Positions 30,286-40,870 of a stretch of 64,000 nucleotides of DNA are shown piece after piece. Position 1 is the stretch's first letter, and the number at the start of each line of letters is the position of its first letter. The DNA is from Opitutia bacterium. GTDB taxonomy: Bacteria > Verrucomicrobiota > Verrucomicrobiia > Opitutales > Opitutaceae. Location: the NCBI GenBank assembly GCA_947478395.1, contig CANJVR010000002.1:1-64000 (forward strand). Direction: 5' to 3'. The translations under genes were made by a program, and so were the position numbers. Below the pieces are notes generated by a model. It made no database searches. It had not been told where the DNA came from and saw only the letters and a program-made list of their open reading frames with translations.

Positions 30286-30871
30286 CGCGCACAAAGCGGC
30301 CGAGCTGCAGCGACTGGCCGATGGAGGAGAAGGCGGAGCGGGCTGGATCGAAATTGTTTCAGCGCATGCGGTCGGTGGGATGCCGCCCGTTGTGGAGGAC
30401 ACGGGAACATTTGTGGGTAATGCGCGAAAAAAGGCGCAGGCGTTGAAATCGAAACTACGCGCCGAGGAATGGGCGTTGGCGGATGACAGCGGGCTCTGTG
30501 TTGACGCGCTCGGGGGGGCGCCAGGCGTCGAGTCGGCTTACTATGCCGGGCCGCAAGGCGACGGCGCGGCGAATTTGCAGAAGTTGCAGCGCGTCATGGC
30601 CGGAATTCCGGCCGGGGAGCGTGGGGCGCATTTTTTCTGCGTGCTGCTGCTGATCGGACCGGATGAACGAGAGCTAGTGTTCGAAGGTCTTTGTGCCGGC
30701 CGTCTGCTGGAGGCGCCGAGTGGGGGCGCGGGATTCGGCTACGATCCATTGTTTGTCCCGGAGGGATTCGAGCAGAGTTTCGCCGCGCTGGGTGATGCCG
30801 CGAAGGCCAAGCTCAGTCACCGCGCGCGCGCCTGGAAAAAACTGGCGACGGGATTGCGCGAGCTGGTCTGA
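30260..30871 (+). CDS. rdgB: Non-canonical purine NTP pyrophosphatase (HAM1)
   Basis: SGNAHK, ADDSGLCVDALGGAPGV.SA, GFGYDPLF, SHRARA. Confidence 0.93.
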   Translation: MKLYFASGNAHKAAELQRLADGGEGGAGWIEIVSAHAVGGMPPVVEDTGTFVGNARKKAQALKSKLRAEEWALADDSGLCVDALGGAPGVESAYYAGPQGDGAANLQKLQRVMAGIPAGERGAHFFCVLLLIGPDERELVFEGLCAGRLLEAPSGGAGFGYDPLFVPEGFEQSFAALGDAAKAKLSHRARAWKKLATGLRELV

Positions 30872-31001
30872 CATCGCACCTTTGCGATGTTCTCGCGTCC
30901 CGCCGTTGCGGGGCTGGTGGCCTTACCTGCCATTGGCGTTGCGCGGGGTTGGGGCACACCCCGCTCACAGTCGGACGCACTTTCGTCGAAGCGAAGCCCT
31001 G

Positions 31002-31337
31002 CCACCTTTAGAAATCGCCGTGGGAATAATTACTATTACGGGGCGAGATGGTGGGCCGGGTGTCGGCGAGATCGGTATCGAATTCGAACGCGCGCGGCGT
31101 TGTATTCGTAAAAAGTCACCGTTGGAACCGTGGGGCACATAGGTGCCAGACAAATATTGGAGGTGAAAAGCTGGCTCAGGCTCCGTGGAATTTCTCAGTG
31201 CGGTTCGGAGTGGAGCAGTCCTAGCGGTAGCGCTCCATGTTCTGGAGGCCGCCGCTGGTTGTCCGGTGTCCAATGGCGTGTTGCCGCTGATCAGCGCCGA
31301 ATTGATGCCGATGTTGGCACGGGCGTCTCGGCTCAAG
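31002..31337 (-). pseudogene. Multiply frameshifted remnant, C-terminal domain of a PilX-like/pilus-associated large protein
   Basis: Stitched frames give INSALISGNTP/TSGGLQNMERYR*DC..FHGA/LSQLFTS/..YEY..R/FEFDTDL..RPTISPR..GDF*RW. Family assignment is from recall. Confidence 0.5.
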
Positions 31338-31504
31338 ACGTTTGCGCTCACCGCGTGCGCACCTCGCTCTGCGGCCACGCGTCACAAAAAGGAAATTGGC
31401 TGAAAGTGATTGGACTACTTGCAGTCAAAGCGTGGCGCCGGACCGATTCCAATCTGTCGAGGAGTGTTGCGCAGCGGCGGGGCGTTTTACGCCAGCGGTG
31501 TGGT

Positions 31505-32653
31505 TTATGGCGCGCTCGGGATCGCACGCCGGCCGGTCAAGGTGTTAGCGACCGTGAGCGCGCCGGCGACGACCTGATCCATGTTGAGATAGCGATACTG
31601 CGCGAGGCGCCCGACAAATGTTACGTTCGGTTCGGCGTCCGCCAATGTGCGATACAGATTGGCCAGCGCCTGACTCTCGGGGCTGGGAATCGGATAATAG
31701 GCTTCGTCGCGCCCCGCCTGATATTCGGCGGGAAACTCGCGCATGATGTTCGTGCAACCGCTGACTTCCCCGGTGACGTGCTTTACCTCGACCGTGCGGG
31801 TAAATGGCTCCGCTCCCGGATAATTTATCTGTAGTGCAGGTTGCGCGAAGCCGTTAGACGCGGGGCTCGCGTTGAGTTCCTCTAATTGGAAACGCAGCGT
31901 ACGATAAGGGAGGGCGCCGTGACGGTGAGAAAAATATTCATCCACCGGCCCGGTGTAGATGAGATGGCGATGGTTCACGTGCGGCAGAATTTCGCGATAG
32001 TCCGTTGAGAGGCGCAGATCGGCGCCCGATGCCTCCAGTAGGTTTTCGAATAGAGGCGTGTAGCCTAGGGAAGGCAGCGCCTGAAACGTCTCCTGAAAAT
32101 ACCGATCGTCGAGGCCGGTGCGGACGGGGATGCGGCGGCACACGGATGCGTCCAACGCTTCGGCCGGTCGACCCCATTGCTTGGCGGTGTAGCCGCGATA
32201 GAAGAGCTCGTAGAGTTCCTCGCCGACGATTGCCAACATAGCTTCGCGTGAATTGGCGGGATCGGTGATCGGCGCTTTGCGCGTTTGCAGGGAGGACTTG
32301 AATTCCTCCTCGGTCGCGCGGGGATTACGCGTGAGCTGGCGGTACGTCGCAAGATTGACGGGGAAGCTCCAAAATTCGCCACGCGTGAAAGCCTGCACGC
32401 GATAGACGACTTCCCGCCAGGCGGTGAAACGACTCAGGTACGTGCGCACCATCTCGGAGTTCGTCCGGAAATAGTGCGGACCGTAGACATGATAGAGCAG
32501 GCCGTTGCGATCGCGTCGGTCGTGACAGTTGCCTCCGATATGATCGCGTTTCTCCACGACCAAACAGCGCTGCCCGGCCGCGCCGAGCCGTTCCGCGAGC
32601 ACCAATCCGGAGAAACCTGCGCCTGCGATTATGTAGTCGTAGGTTTCGCGCAT
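31505..32653 (-). CDS. glf: UDP-galactopyranose mutase
   Basis: GAGFSG, HIGGNC.D, HVYGPHYFRT, YTAKQWG, RIPVR..DDRYF, YYP, GRLAQYRYLNMDQ. Confidence 0.95.
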   Translation of the reverse strand: MRETYDYIIAGAGFSGLVLAERLGAAGQRCLVVEKRDHIGGNCHDRRDRNGLLYHVYGPHYFRTNSEMVRTYLSRFTAWREVVYRVQAFTRGEFWSFPVNLATYRQLTRNPRATEEEFKSSLQTRKAPITDPANSREAMLAIVGEELYELFYRGYTAKQWGRPAEALDASVCRRIPVRTGLDDRYFQETFQALPSLGYTPLFENLLEASGADLRLSTDYREILPHVNHRHLIYTGPVDEYFSHRHGALPYRTLRFQLEELNASPASNGFAQPALQINYPGAEPFTRTVEVKHVTGEVSGCTNIMREFPAEYQAGRDEAYYPIPSPESQALANLYRTLADAEPNVTFVGRLAQYRYLNMDQVVAGALTVANTLTGRRAIPSAP

Positions 32654-33408
32654 GCGGCGGGGCCGGGGAGGGCAGCGTGATTCAATCCGCGCAGATCGCG
32701 CCACAGCCGAAGCGCTTTTCGGGCGAACCCGTACCACTTCACGGAGGGATGTCCCCCCAGCCGGTCGCGAAAATTGATTGGCAGCTCCACGAAACCCCGC
32801 GGCTCGAGCAGCAGGGCCACCGCGATATTCGCGAGGTCGAAGGACGGCGGTACCCTACGCGCGGCATCAGCGGCGAGCGAAACATCGTAGAGTCGAAACG
32901 GAACGTTCGTGTCGTTTAACCGCGTGTGCATTCCCAACTGAAGTGACCAGCGCAGCACGAGCGTGACTAGCCGACGGGAAAATCCGTCGTCGCGTTTGAG
33001 CCGCCGCCCGTAGATGGCAGGCTGCTGTCCGCGCACCCGCCAGAGCTGGGCGAAGCCCGCCGGATCACATTGCCCGTCGGAATCGATTTGAAAAACGAAT
33101 TTCGCACCCAGCTTCGCTGCCTCCTGGTAGCCGACTACGCAGCTTTGGCCGTGGCCGCGATTGGCGTGCCGGTGCACACGAAGTTCGGGCCAGCCGAGTC
33201 CGGCCAGCTGTTCGGGGGTGCGATCTTTCGAGCCGTCGTCGATGACCAGAATCAGGAAACTTCGCGTGTGGCGCGTGAGCTCGTTCCGCCATTCCTCGAG
33301 CACGGGCACGATCACATCCTCCTCGTTGTATACGGGCACGATCACCACCAGCTCCGGCTGGATTATCGCCGGGGTTAAAGGATCGAGGATAGGGTCGGGT
33401 TTCGGCAT
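32629..33408 (-). CDS. Glycosyltransferase family 2 (polyprenol-phosphate sugar synthase-like)
   Basis: VPVYNEE, IDDGSKD.T, NRGHG, IDSDGQ, DTNVPFRL. Confidence 0.9.
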   Translation of the reverse strand: MPKPDPILDPLTPAIIQPELVVIVPVYNEEDVIVPVLEEWRNELTRHTRSFLILVIDDGSKDRTPEQLAGLGWPELRVHRHANRGHGQSCVVGYQEAAKLGAKFVFQIDSDGQCDPAGFAQLWRVRGQQPAIYGRRLKRDDGFSRRLVTLVLRWSLQLGMHTRLNDTNVPFRLYDVSLAADAARRVPPSFDLANIAVALLLEPRGFVELPINFRDRLGGHPSVKWYGFARKALRLWRDLRGLNHAALPGPAACAKPTTT

Positions 33409-33551
33409 GAAGGGCGTGGCGCCAGAGATGATGAGTCAAAATTCACGGTGTTTTTCTGCATCCGCGTTGCAACGGCAAAGCGGCCGCGGGAGGGATTTAG
33501 CAAAATCTTCGACATTTGCCGCGGGGTGCGTTCGTTTGGCGCGCTCCGCCG

Positions 33552-35081
33552 ATGAAGACCTTCTATATCACCACCGCCATCGACTACGTGAATGGGTCGC
33601 CTCACCTCGGTCATGCTTACGAAAAGGTGCTGACCGACGTGATCGCCCGTTTCCGCCGGATGCAGGGTGACACGGTGTGGTTCCTGACCGGCGTCGACGA
33701 GCACGGCCAGAAAGTGCAGCAAAGCGCAAAAAAGCGGGGCATCCCGCCCCAGCAGTTCGCCGACGAGGTCAGCGCTGAATTTCGAGCGCTGCTACCGAAG
33801 TTGAACATTTCCAACGACGACTTCATCCGCACGACCGAAGAGCGGCATAAGAAAGTTGTCCGTGCCGTCCTCCAGCAGCTCTTCGATAAGGGCGAAATCT
33901 ACAAGGCGGAGTACCGCGGTTTCTATTCCACGCGACAGGAGCAATTTTTGCAGGACAAGGACCGCAATCCCGACGGCACCTGGCCGGAAATTTTCGGCGA
34001 TGTCACGGAGATCGTGGAGTCGAATTATTTCTTCAAGCTGCGGCAGTATCAGGACTGGCTCGTCGATTTCCTCGCGAAGAACGAAAATTTTATCTTTCCG
34101 GCGTATCGGCAGAAACAGGTGATCGAATTTTTGAAAGAGCCGCTCAATGACCTGTGCATCTCGCGTCCCCGGGAGCGGCTGGAGTGGGGTATTTCGCTGC
34201 CCTTCGACGAGGCCTACGTGACCTACGTGTGGTTCGATGCGTTGATCAATTACTACTCTGCCGTCGCGGAAAAACCCGGGGTCTGGCCGGCCGCCTACCA
34301 CGTGATCGGCAAGGACATCCTCGTGCCGCCGCACGCCGTCTACTGGCCGATCATGTTGCACGCGGCGGGGCTGGCCCTGCCGAAAGGAATCATCGCGCAT
34401 GGCTGGTGGATGCAGCGTGGGGCCAAAATGTCGAAGAGCACGGGCAATGCCCTCAACCCCCTCGATCTCATCGCCGAGTTCGGCGTCGATGCCTTCCGGT
34501 ATTTTTTGATTCGGGAGATGAACGTCGGGCAGGACAGCGACTTCACGCGGGAGCAGTTTCTGGTGCGCTACAACAGCGAACTCGCGAACAACCTCGGCAA
34601 TCTCGTCAACCGCACGCTCAACATGACGAACCGCTTCGCCGGCGCCGTCGTGCCGGCGGCGGAAGGGGCGGAGGACGCCGAGCAGGAATTGCATGCGCTG
34701 TGGGCGACGACCCGCGCCGAAGTCATTCCGTTGTGCGAAGGCTTCCAGTTTCACACGGCGCTCGAGAAAACGTTTTTCTTCATCACGGCGACCAACGCCT
34801 ACATCGAGAAACGGGCGCCATGGAAACTCGGGAAATCGGAGACGGCGTCCGATCTCGCGCTCCTGCGCACTTCGCTCGCGACGATGGCGGAGGCGCTGCG
34901 GCTCGGCGTCGCGCTGCTGCAGCACGTGATGCCTTCGACCACGGAAAAAATTAACGCCGTGCTGGGCTACACGCCGGGCGCGATCTGGCGCGAGGAGCTT
35001 ACCTGGGGCTCGCGCCTCGCCGGGATGAAAGTCGCGGAGGCGCTGGTGCTTTTCCCTCGACCCGAGAAACCGAAAGCGTGA
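33552..35081 (+). CDS. metG: Methionine--tRNA ligase (short form)
   Basis: YITTAIDYVNG.PHLGH, TGVDEHGQK, YVWFDALINY, GKDI, KMSKS, LANNLGNLVNR. Confidence 0.96.
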   Translation: MKTFYITTAIDYVNGSPHLGHAYEKVLTDVIARFRRMQGDTVWFLTGVDEHGQKVQQSAKKRGIPPQQFADEVSAEFRALLPKLNISNDDFIRTTEERHKKVVRAVLQQLFDKGEIYKAEYRGFYSTRQEQFLQDKDRNPDGTWPEIFGDVTEIVESNYFFKLRQYQDWLVDFLAKNENFIFPAYRQKQVIEFLKEPLNDLCISRPRERLEWGISLPFDEAYVTYVWFDALINYYSAVAEKPGVWPAAYHVIGKDILVPPHAVYWPIMLHAAGLALPKGIIAHGWWMQRGAKMSKSTGNALNPLDLIAEFGVDAFRYFLIREMNVGQDSDFTREQFLVRYNSELANNLGNLVNRTLNMTNRFAGAVVPAAEGAEDAEQELHALWATTRAEVIPLCEGFQFHTALEKTFFFITATNAYIEKRAPWKLGKSETASDLALLRTSLATMAEALRLGVALLQHVMPSTTEKINAVLGYTPGAIWREELTWGSRLAGMKVAEALVLFPRPEKPKA

Positions 35082-35288
35082 GCGCCGCCGCTCTTTAACG
35101 GCGCGCCTCAACCAAATGAGTAAACCAATCGGGGCGAACGAGCGTCCGGATTTCGTTCCTCGAGACCGAGGGCGCAAAGCGCCGACACGGAGTCGACCGA
35201 GGATTACCCGATTTAGGCTGTGCCCTGCGTGTCGTTGCGCTGCGCCCTCGGCGGCAAGCAGCGCGTTTTAACGCCGGCACTTATTTCC

Positions 35289-36752
35289 GTGAAGATCTTG
35301 TCCCTCGATCCGTCGGCCAATCCCACGCCCCTGGCGTTGCAGGCGTTTCTGGCGCAATGTCAGGCGGCGGCGTCGCGTGATGGCCAGCCGCGAATCGCGA
35401 GCATTTCGCTCGCGGTGGATGCGCTCGATCCACTCGCGGTGCTCGAATCGATCTTCGAGCCCAGCGAGCCGCATTTTTATGCGGAGCGCGCCGATATCGA
35501 CAGCGTAATGGCCGGAGCTGAAACCGCGGCGTCGTTCGAGACGAGCGGTCCTGACCGATTTCGCGACGTCCAACGCTGGATCGATGATCAACTGCAGCGC
35601 ACGATTGCGGTCGGGGCGGTCGATGCCCCTTTCGGGGGCCCACATTTTTTCACGAGCTTTGCCTTTGCGGACGAAGTAGAACCCGGCGAACCCTTCGCGG
35701 CCGCGCGCGTTTTCGTCCCGCGTTGGCAGGTGGCGCGCGCGGGAAACAAGACGACTGCGGTGGCCAATCTCACGGTGACGCCCAACGCGGATGTCGCGGC
35801 CCTGACCGAGCGCGTCTGGCGGGCTCACGCTAAATTTAACAATTTCAATTACGGCGAAAATTCTGCGGAGGGACCGGCGGCGGGCGGGGTGCCGTCGCCT
35901 CGCTTTGGGTTCGAGCGAACTGAAACCCCTGCGCTGGCCTGGACCGCCAGCGAGGCGGGCGACTATCGCGCGGTTGTGACGCGCGCGCTGGCCCTGATCG
36001 CGGCGGGTGAATTCCATAAGATCGTGCTGGCCCGGGCGCGCGATTTGAGCGCAAGCCAACCGCTGCATCCGCTGCGAGTTTTGAACGGCCTGCGCCAGCG
36101 TTTTCCGGACTGCTATGCCTTCTCGCTCGCGAACGGACGCGGACAAAGTTTCATCGGCGCCAGTCCGGAGCGCCTCGTGCGCGTGAGCAAGGGCGTGCTC
36201 GAAACCGAGGCGCTCGCGGGCTCCATCCGACGCGGGCTCGGAGCGAGCGAGGACGCCGCGCTCGCGGTCGCGCTGTTGCACGCGGAAAAGGATCTGCGCG
36301 AACACCGCCTCGTCGTCGACGCCATCGCGAGCCGCTTGAAGCAGCTCGGTCTCACGCCGGAGTTTTCCGCCACGCCCGGTTTGCGCCGGCTGGCGAACGT
36401 CCAGCACTTGCGCACCCCGATCCGGGCCGCACTGCCGGAGAACGTGCGGCTCCTTGACGCGCTGGCTGCGTTGCATCCGACGCCGGCGGTGGGCGGATCG
36501 CCGCAGGGTGCGGCCCTTGCGCGTATTCGCGAACTCGAAGGATTTCCGCGCGGCCTGTACGCCGGTGCGCACGGCTGGATCAACGCGCGCGGCGGCGGGG
36601 AATTTTTTGTCGGCCTTCGTTCCGCGTTGATTTCAGGCGCGAGCGCGCGGGTTTACGCCGGAGCGGGCATCGTCGCGGGTTCGACGCCCGAGAAGGAATT
36701 CGCTGAGACCGAGCTGAAATTTAAAGCGATGCTAGACGCTTTGCTGACCTGA
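35289..36752 (+). CDS. menF: Isochorismate synthase
   Basis: KIVLAR, GASPERL, EALAGS, KDLREH, LHPTPAVGG, RGLYAG, AGAGIV.GS; adjacent to menD. Confidence 0.9.
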   Translation: MKILSLDPSANPTPLALQAFLAQCQAAASRDGQPRIASISLAVDALDPLAVLESIFEPSEPHFYAERADIDSVMAGAETAASFETSGPDRFRDVQRWIDDQLQRTIAVGAVDAPFGGPHFFTSFAFADEVEPGEPFAAARVFVPRWQVARAGNKTTAVANLTVTPNADVAALTERVWRAHAKFNNFNYGENSAEGPAAGGVPSPRFGFERTETPALAWTASEAGDYRAVVTRALALIAAGEFHKIVLARARDLSASQPLHPLRVLNGLRQRFPDCYAFSLANGRGQSFIGASPERLVRVSKGVLETEALAGSIRRGLGASEDAALAVALLHAEKDLREHRLVVDAIASRLKQLGLTPEFSATPGLRRLANVQHLRTPIRAALPENVRLLDALAALHPTPAVGGSPQGAALARIRELEGFPRGLYAGAHGWINARGGGEFFVGLRSALISGASARVYAGAGIVAGSTPEKEFAETELKFKAMLDALLT

Positions 36753-36940
36753 CCGGGCATCAAAACTTCCAAGGTCCGATCTCCGGGCGCGTTTGGTTCG
36801 CGGTCGCGGCATGGCCAACGTTCGGGCGTGGACCCGTCCCACCTAGTTCCAGGGCCTAACTTTTTCGTGAGGCATGGAACACTTCCGACGCGCTTTACTC
36901 TGAATTGAAGCCCACTAACGTTCGGGCTTCTTTCGTAAAA

Positions 36941-38680
36941 ATGACCTCTCCTGATTTGGATTTTAGAAACCTCAATTCCCTCTGGGGCAGTGTGCTCGTG
37001 AAAACGCTGGTATTGGCCGGCGTGCGGCAGGCGGTAATTTCTCCCGGATCGCGGTCGACGCCGCTCACGATGGCCTTTGCGGCCCACCCCGGAATCGAGG
37101 CGATTCCGGTGCTCGACGAACGTTCTGCGGCATATTTCGCGCTCGGTCTCGCCAAACAAAATGGCGAACCAGTCGCGCTCGTGTGCACGAGCGGGACCGC
37201 GGGCGCCAACTATCTGCCCGCGTTGATTGAAGCGCGTGAATCCGGGTTCCCGCTCATTGTACTCACCGCGGACCGGCCGCCCGAGATGCGCGCGTGCGCC
37301 TCGGGCCAGACGATCGATCAGCTCAAGCTGTTTGGAGATACGGTGAATTTTTTCCACGAGCTGGCGCTCCCCGAGCTGAGCGAATCGCGCCTGCGGTACC
37401 TGCGCCAAACCGTGATGCACGCGGTCGAGCGCTCGTTGCAGCCGACTGCAGGTCCCGTGCATCTCAATGTGCCTTTGCGCGATCCGCTCGCGCCGTTGGA
37501 CGATGGTGGCACGACGGTGCACTATGCGACGGCGATCGACTGGGACCTGTTTTTTCAACAGGTCGCGCCCCCATTCAGCACGTCGTCCGTGTGCTCGATC
37601 CCGCCGCTATCGACCGACATCCATGGTCTGATCGTTGCCGGACCGGTGCAGCCAGGCGATATCGCGGCGCACGCGGAAATTGTGGGCGAGATCGCGCGCA
37701 AACTCGGCTGGCCCGTGTTGGCGGACGGACTTTCGCCCATCCGCAATTTTGCTTCGGTGGTGCCGCATCTCGTCACCACGTATGATCTGATTCTCCGCGA
37801 CGCCAACGCGGCCGAAAGGCTTCAACCCGACGTCGTGCTGTGTCTGGGGAATTGGCCGACGAGCAAAATTCTGCGCGGCTGGCTCGAGACGAGCGCGGCC
37901 CCGATTTGGCTCGTGACCCGGCGCAGTGACAACCGCGACGCGTTGCACGGTCGCACGCGTCACTTGCCGACTTCGCTGTCGGCCTTCGCGGCAGAGCTGC
38001 CGGTGTCGACCGACCCGAATGGTTATCAGCGTCTCTGGGCAAGCTTTGAGCGGAAGACGCGCGAGTCGCTGAACGCGCGGCTGGCCGAAACGACCGAGCT
38101 TTTCGAAGGACGGACCGCGGCGATCCTCGCGGCGCATTTGCCGGCGGACACGACGCTCTGTGTCGCGAATTCGATGCCGGTGCGTGACGTGGAATATTTC
38201 TGGCCGGCCACCGACGCCCGCATCCGTCCGCTGGCGAATCGCGGCGCAAACGGGATTGATGGCACGCTGTCGACGGCGCTCGGTTGTGCGCATGGCGGTG
38301 CGCCGACGGTGCTGCTCACGGGCGACCTCGCTTTGCTGCACGACACCAACGGCTGGCTGCTGCTGCAGAAATTCAGGGGCAGCCTGACGGTTGTGCTCAT
38401 CAACAACCGAGGCGGTGGAATTTTTGAGCACCTCCCGGTCGCGCAATTTGAGCCCGCGTTCGAGGAATTTTTTGCGACCCCGCAAAGCGTGGACTTCGCC
38501 AAACTATGCTCGGCGTACGGCGTACCTCACACGGTGGTGGGCAGTTGGACGGAACTGGGCGAGTTGGTCGCCACGCTGCCGACGTCGGGAATTCGTGTGC
38601 TGGAAATCAAGACGGATCGAAAGCGTGACGCAGCGATTCGGAAACGTTGGTTTGCAGAGTTGTCGGAGGGTCTCGGGTAG
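36941..38680 (+). CDS. menD: SEPHCHC synthase (ThDP-dependent)
   Basis: SPGSRSTPL, DERSA, CTSGTA, LTADRP, NSMPVRD, NRGANGIDG, GDLALLHD..NNRGGGIF. Confidence 0.96.
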   Translation: MTSPDLDFRNLNSLWGSVLVKTLVLAGVRQAVISPGSRSTPLTMAFAAHPGIEAIPVLDERSAAYFALGLAKQNGEPVALVCTSGTAGANYLPALIEARESGFPLIVLTADRPPEMRACASGQTIDQLKLFGDTVNFFHELALPELSESRLRYLRQTVMHAVERSLQPTAGPVHLNVPLRDPLAPLDDGGTTVHYATAIDWDLFFQQVAPPFSTSSVCSIPPLSTDIHGLIVAGPVQPGDIAAHAEIVGEIARKLGWPVLADGLSPIRNFASVVPHLVTTYDLILRDANAAERLQPDVVLCLGNWPTSKILRGWLETSAAPIWLVTRRSDNRDALHGRTRHLPTSLSAFAAELPVSTDPNGYQRLWASFERKTRESLNARLAETTELFEGRTAAILAAHLPADTTLCVANSMPVRDVEYFWPATDARIRPLANRGANGIDGTLSTALGCAHGGAPTVLLTGDLALLHDTNGWLLLQKFRGSLTVVLINNRGGGIFEHLPVAQFEPAFEEFFATPQSVDFAKLCSAYGVPHTVVGSWTELGELVATLPTSGIRVLEIKTDRKRDAAIRKRWFAELSEGLG

Positions 38681-38761
38681 TAGGTGGGATTCTCCGCGAT
38701 GTTGAGCGCGGCGAGATCCTCGCCGGTAAACGCGTTCGTAGGCTGAGGGGACCGGGTTAAA

Positions 38762-40870
38762 TTACTCTTTCCAAACCGCGACGCCTGCGATGGGAACGTC
38801 GCGGGCTCCGATCAAGATTTTCGCCGTGGCAGGCACGGGGGCTGCGACCGTTTTCTCCGTGAAGTTCGTGGCGATCCAAAGGCCGTCGCGAAAATCGACG
38901 CAGAAGCCTGCGGGTAAGTTTTCCACGGGGACGCCCGCGCGTGTGAGTACGTCGCGCACCAGCTGGGCCTCGAGGGTGCCGCCCTCTGAATCCACGCCGA
39001 TGTAAGTCACAGTGCCCCGGCCGAGCTGGTGCGTTACCGCCGCGACCCCGCCGGCGTAATACTGATCGCTGTACGTCGCGAGCACGCGTGTGCCCGCAGC
39101 CGGCTCGAGGATTTCACCCCAGGTGGACCAGGCGTGCGTTTGTCCGCCCGCGCTGATATGCCCCTGATTCGGGGCGGGCAACGTGTCGTAGAATTTAATC
39201 TTTGCGCCGATAAGATCGAGGATCGGCGCGGCCCACGCCGCCTCCCATAGGAAACCACGGCGGTCTTTTTGCCCCGTGCGAGCGGAGAGGATCAGGTGGC
39301 CGCCGCCTTCAACGTAGCTGCGCCAGCGGGTGACGAGCTTGGCATCGAGCAGTTGATAAGCGGGCGCGATGAGAAACGGGTAAGCGGAAAAATCTTTGTC
39401 CTCGGTGATCACATCGACGGGCGCACCTGCGCGTTTCAGCGCGGTGTGATATTTAAGCAGATGGTCGTAGCTGTCCCAGGCTTTGTTCTGCTTGTGGTTG
39501 TCGAGATCCCAGCGGGCCTCGTAGCTGTAGAGAATCGCGGAGCGTCGGGCGGCGTAGGCTGCTGGCAGCGGAGCGCCGGGCTGGGCGGCGAGACGCAACT
39601 GGGTGATCTCTTGCGCGACCTGGGCGTATTGTTCTCCGCCGTTCGTGGGGGTCACGCCATCGGGCCCGACCAAGCCGTAGTGATACAGCTCGGCGCCGTA
39701 AAGCGGCTGACGGTAGCGATAGGTGCAGACAAATTTCGCGCCGGTGGCGAAGCTCCGCATGAGCCAGAGCCGGACGGCGCCGGGATAGGGCTGCGGGTTG
39801 ACCTCGCCCCAATTCACCTGGCCCGGCTGAAGTTCCATGATCCCGTGGGCGCCGTTGATGCTGCGCATGAAATCGGCGGCGAACGTGAGCACGGCGGAAC
39901 TACCGAGACGGAAACCCATCGGACCTTCGTTCGCGTTCCCGTGGACGGGATACAGCGTCCATGAAACGACGTCGAAGTCGCCGCCGTTGAGGACGGGGTT
40001 CACCGCGGAAAAATTATGAATGTGGTTCGTGGTGATCCATTGGTCGTGCCCGCAGTAGCGGCGCAGGATGTCGGTTTGAAACTTGAGGTAGTCGGCCGTC
40101 TCCTCCGCGAACCAGCGCTGCGAATCGAGCATTTGGTGCGGATTGAACTGCGCGACGTACTCCTGCGGGTTCGGGAGGCGAACTTGGTCGAAGCGTTGGT
40201 AGAGTTGAGACCAGAATTGATTGCCCCAATCGCGATTCAACGCGGCGATGTCGCCGTAGCGCTTCTGGAGCCAAGCCTGGAATTTTTTCTGCGACGCCGG
40301 GCTAAAATCCGGCTCCTTGCCGTAGTGCGTGAGCTCGTTGTCGAGCTGCCAGCCCCAGACGCGTTTATCCTTTCCGTAACGGCGGCCGAGCTCGTTAACG
40401 ATCTTCGCGACGTATTCGCGGTAAACGGGCGAACTCCAGGAAGCATGCTGCCGCGTGCCGTGGACCTGCGTGCGGCCCGCGGCGTCGATCATCAGCACCT
40501 CCGGATGTTTCTCGGTCAGCCAGATCGGCGGGGTGGGCGTGGGCGTGCAAAGGACGACCTTCAGGCCCTGCGCCGCGGCCAGTTCGATATTTTTGTCGAG
40601 CCACGCAAAGTCGAATTTCCCCTCGGTGGGCTCCAGATAGGCCCACGCAAATTCGCCCATGTGGACGAACTCCATGCCCATTTTTTTCATGTTGGCCATG
40701 TCGCGGGGCCACTGGTCGGCCGGCCAGGCCTCGGGGTAGTAGTAGGCGCCGATCTGCATAAGGTCGGCGGGAGGAAAACTGGCCTGACGCGAGGCGGATT
40801 GAGCGGGCATGTCGGGGATCATTGAACTGAGCGCAAAGCAACCGAGAGCGCGAAGCAGAATATGTTTCAT
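38762..40870 (-). CDS. Exported beta-galactosidase, GH42
   Basis: GAYYYPEAWP, GEFAW..LEP.EG.FDF.WLD, WQLDNE, MELQPGQVNW, trimerisation domain. Confidence 0.92.
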   Translation of the reverse strand: MKHILLRALGCFALSSMIPDMPAQSASRQASFPPADLMQIGAYYYPEAWPADQWPRDMANMKKMGMEFVHMGEFAWAYLEPTEGKFDFAWLDKNIELAAAQGLKVVLCTPTPTPPIWLTEKHPEVLMIDAAGRTQVHGTRQHASWSSPVYREYVAKIVNELGRRYGKDKRVWGWQLDNELTHYGKEPDFSPASQKKFQAWLQKRYGDIAALNRDWGNQFWSQLYQRFDQVRLPNPQEYVAQFNPHQMLDSQRWFAEETADYLKFQTDILRRYCGHDQWITTNHIHNFSAVNPVLNGGDFDVVSWTLYPVHGNANEGPMGFRLGSSAVLTFAADFMRSINGAHGIMELQPGQVNWGEVNPQPYPGAVRLWLMRSFATGAKFVCTYRYRQPLYGAELYHYGLVGPDGVTPTNGGEQYAQVAQEITQLRLAAQPGAPLPAAYAARRSAILYSYEARWDLDNHKQNKAWDSYDHLLKYHTALKRAGAPVDVITEDKDFSAYPFLIAPAYQLLDAKLVTRWRSYVEGGGHLILSARTGQKDRRGFLWEAAWAAPILDLIGAKIKFYDTLPAPNQGHISAGGQTHAWSTWGEILEPAAGTRVLATYSDQYYAGGVAAVTHQLGRGTVTYIGVDSEGGTLEAQLVRDVLTRAGVPVENLPAGFCVDFRDGLWIATNFTEKTVAAPVPATAKILIGARDVPIAGVAVWKE

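Noticed and set aside
35160..35213. c-di-GMP-I riboswitch suggested by GGGCGCAAAGC
   Set aside because: No GGCAAAC/GNRA P2 stem or tetraloop receptor.
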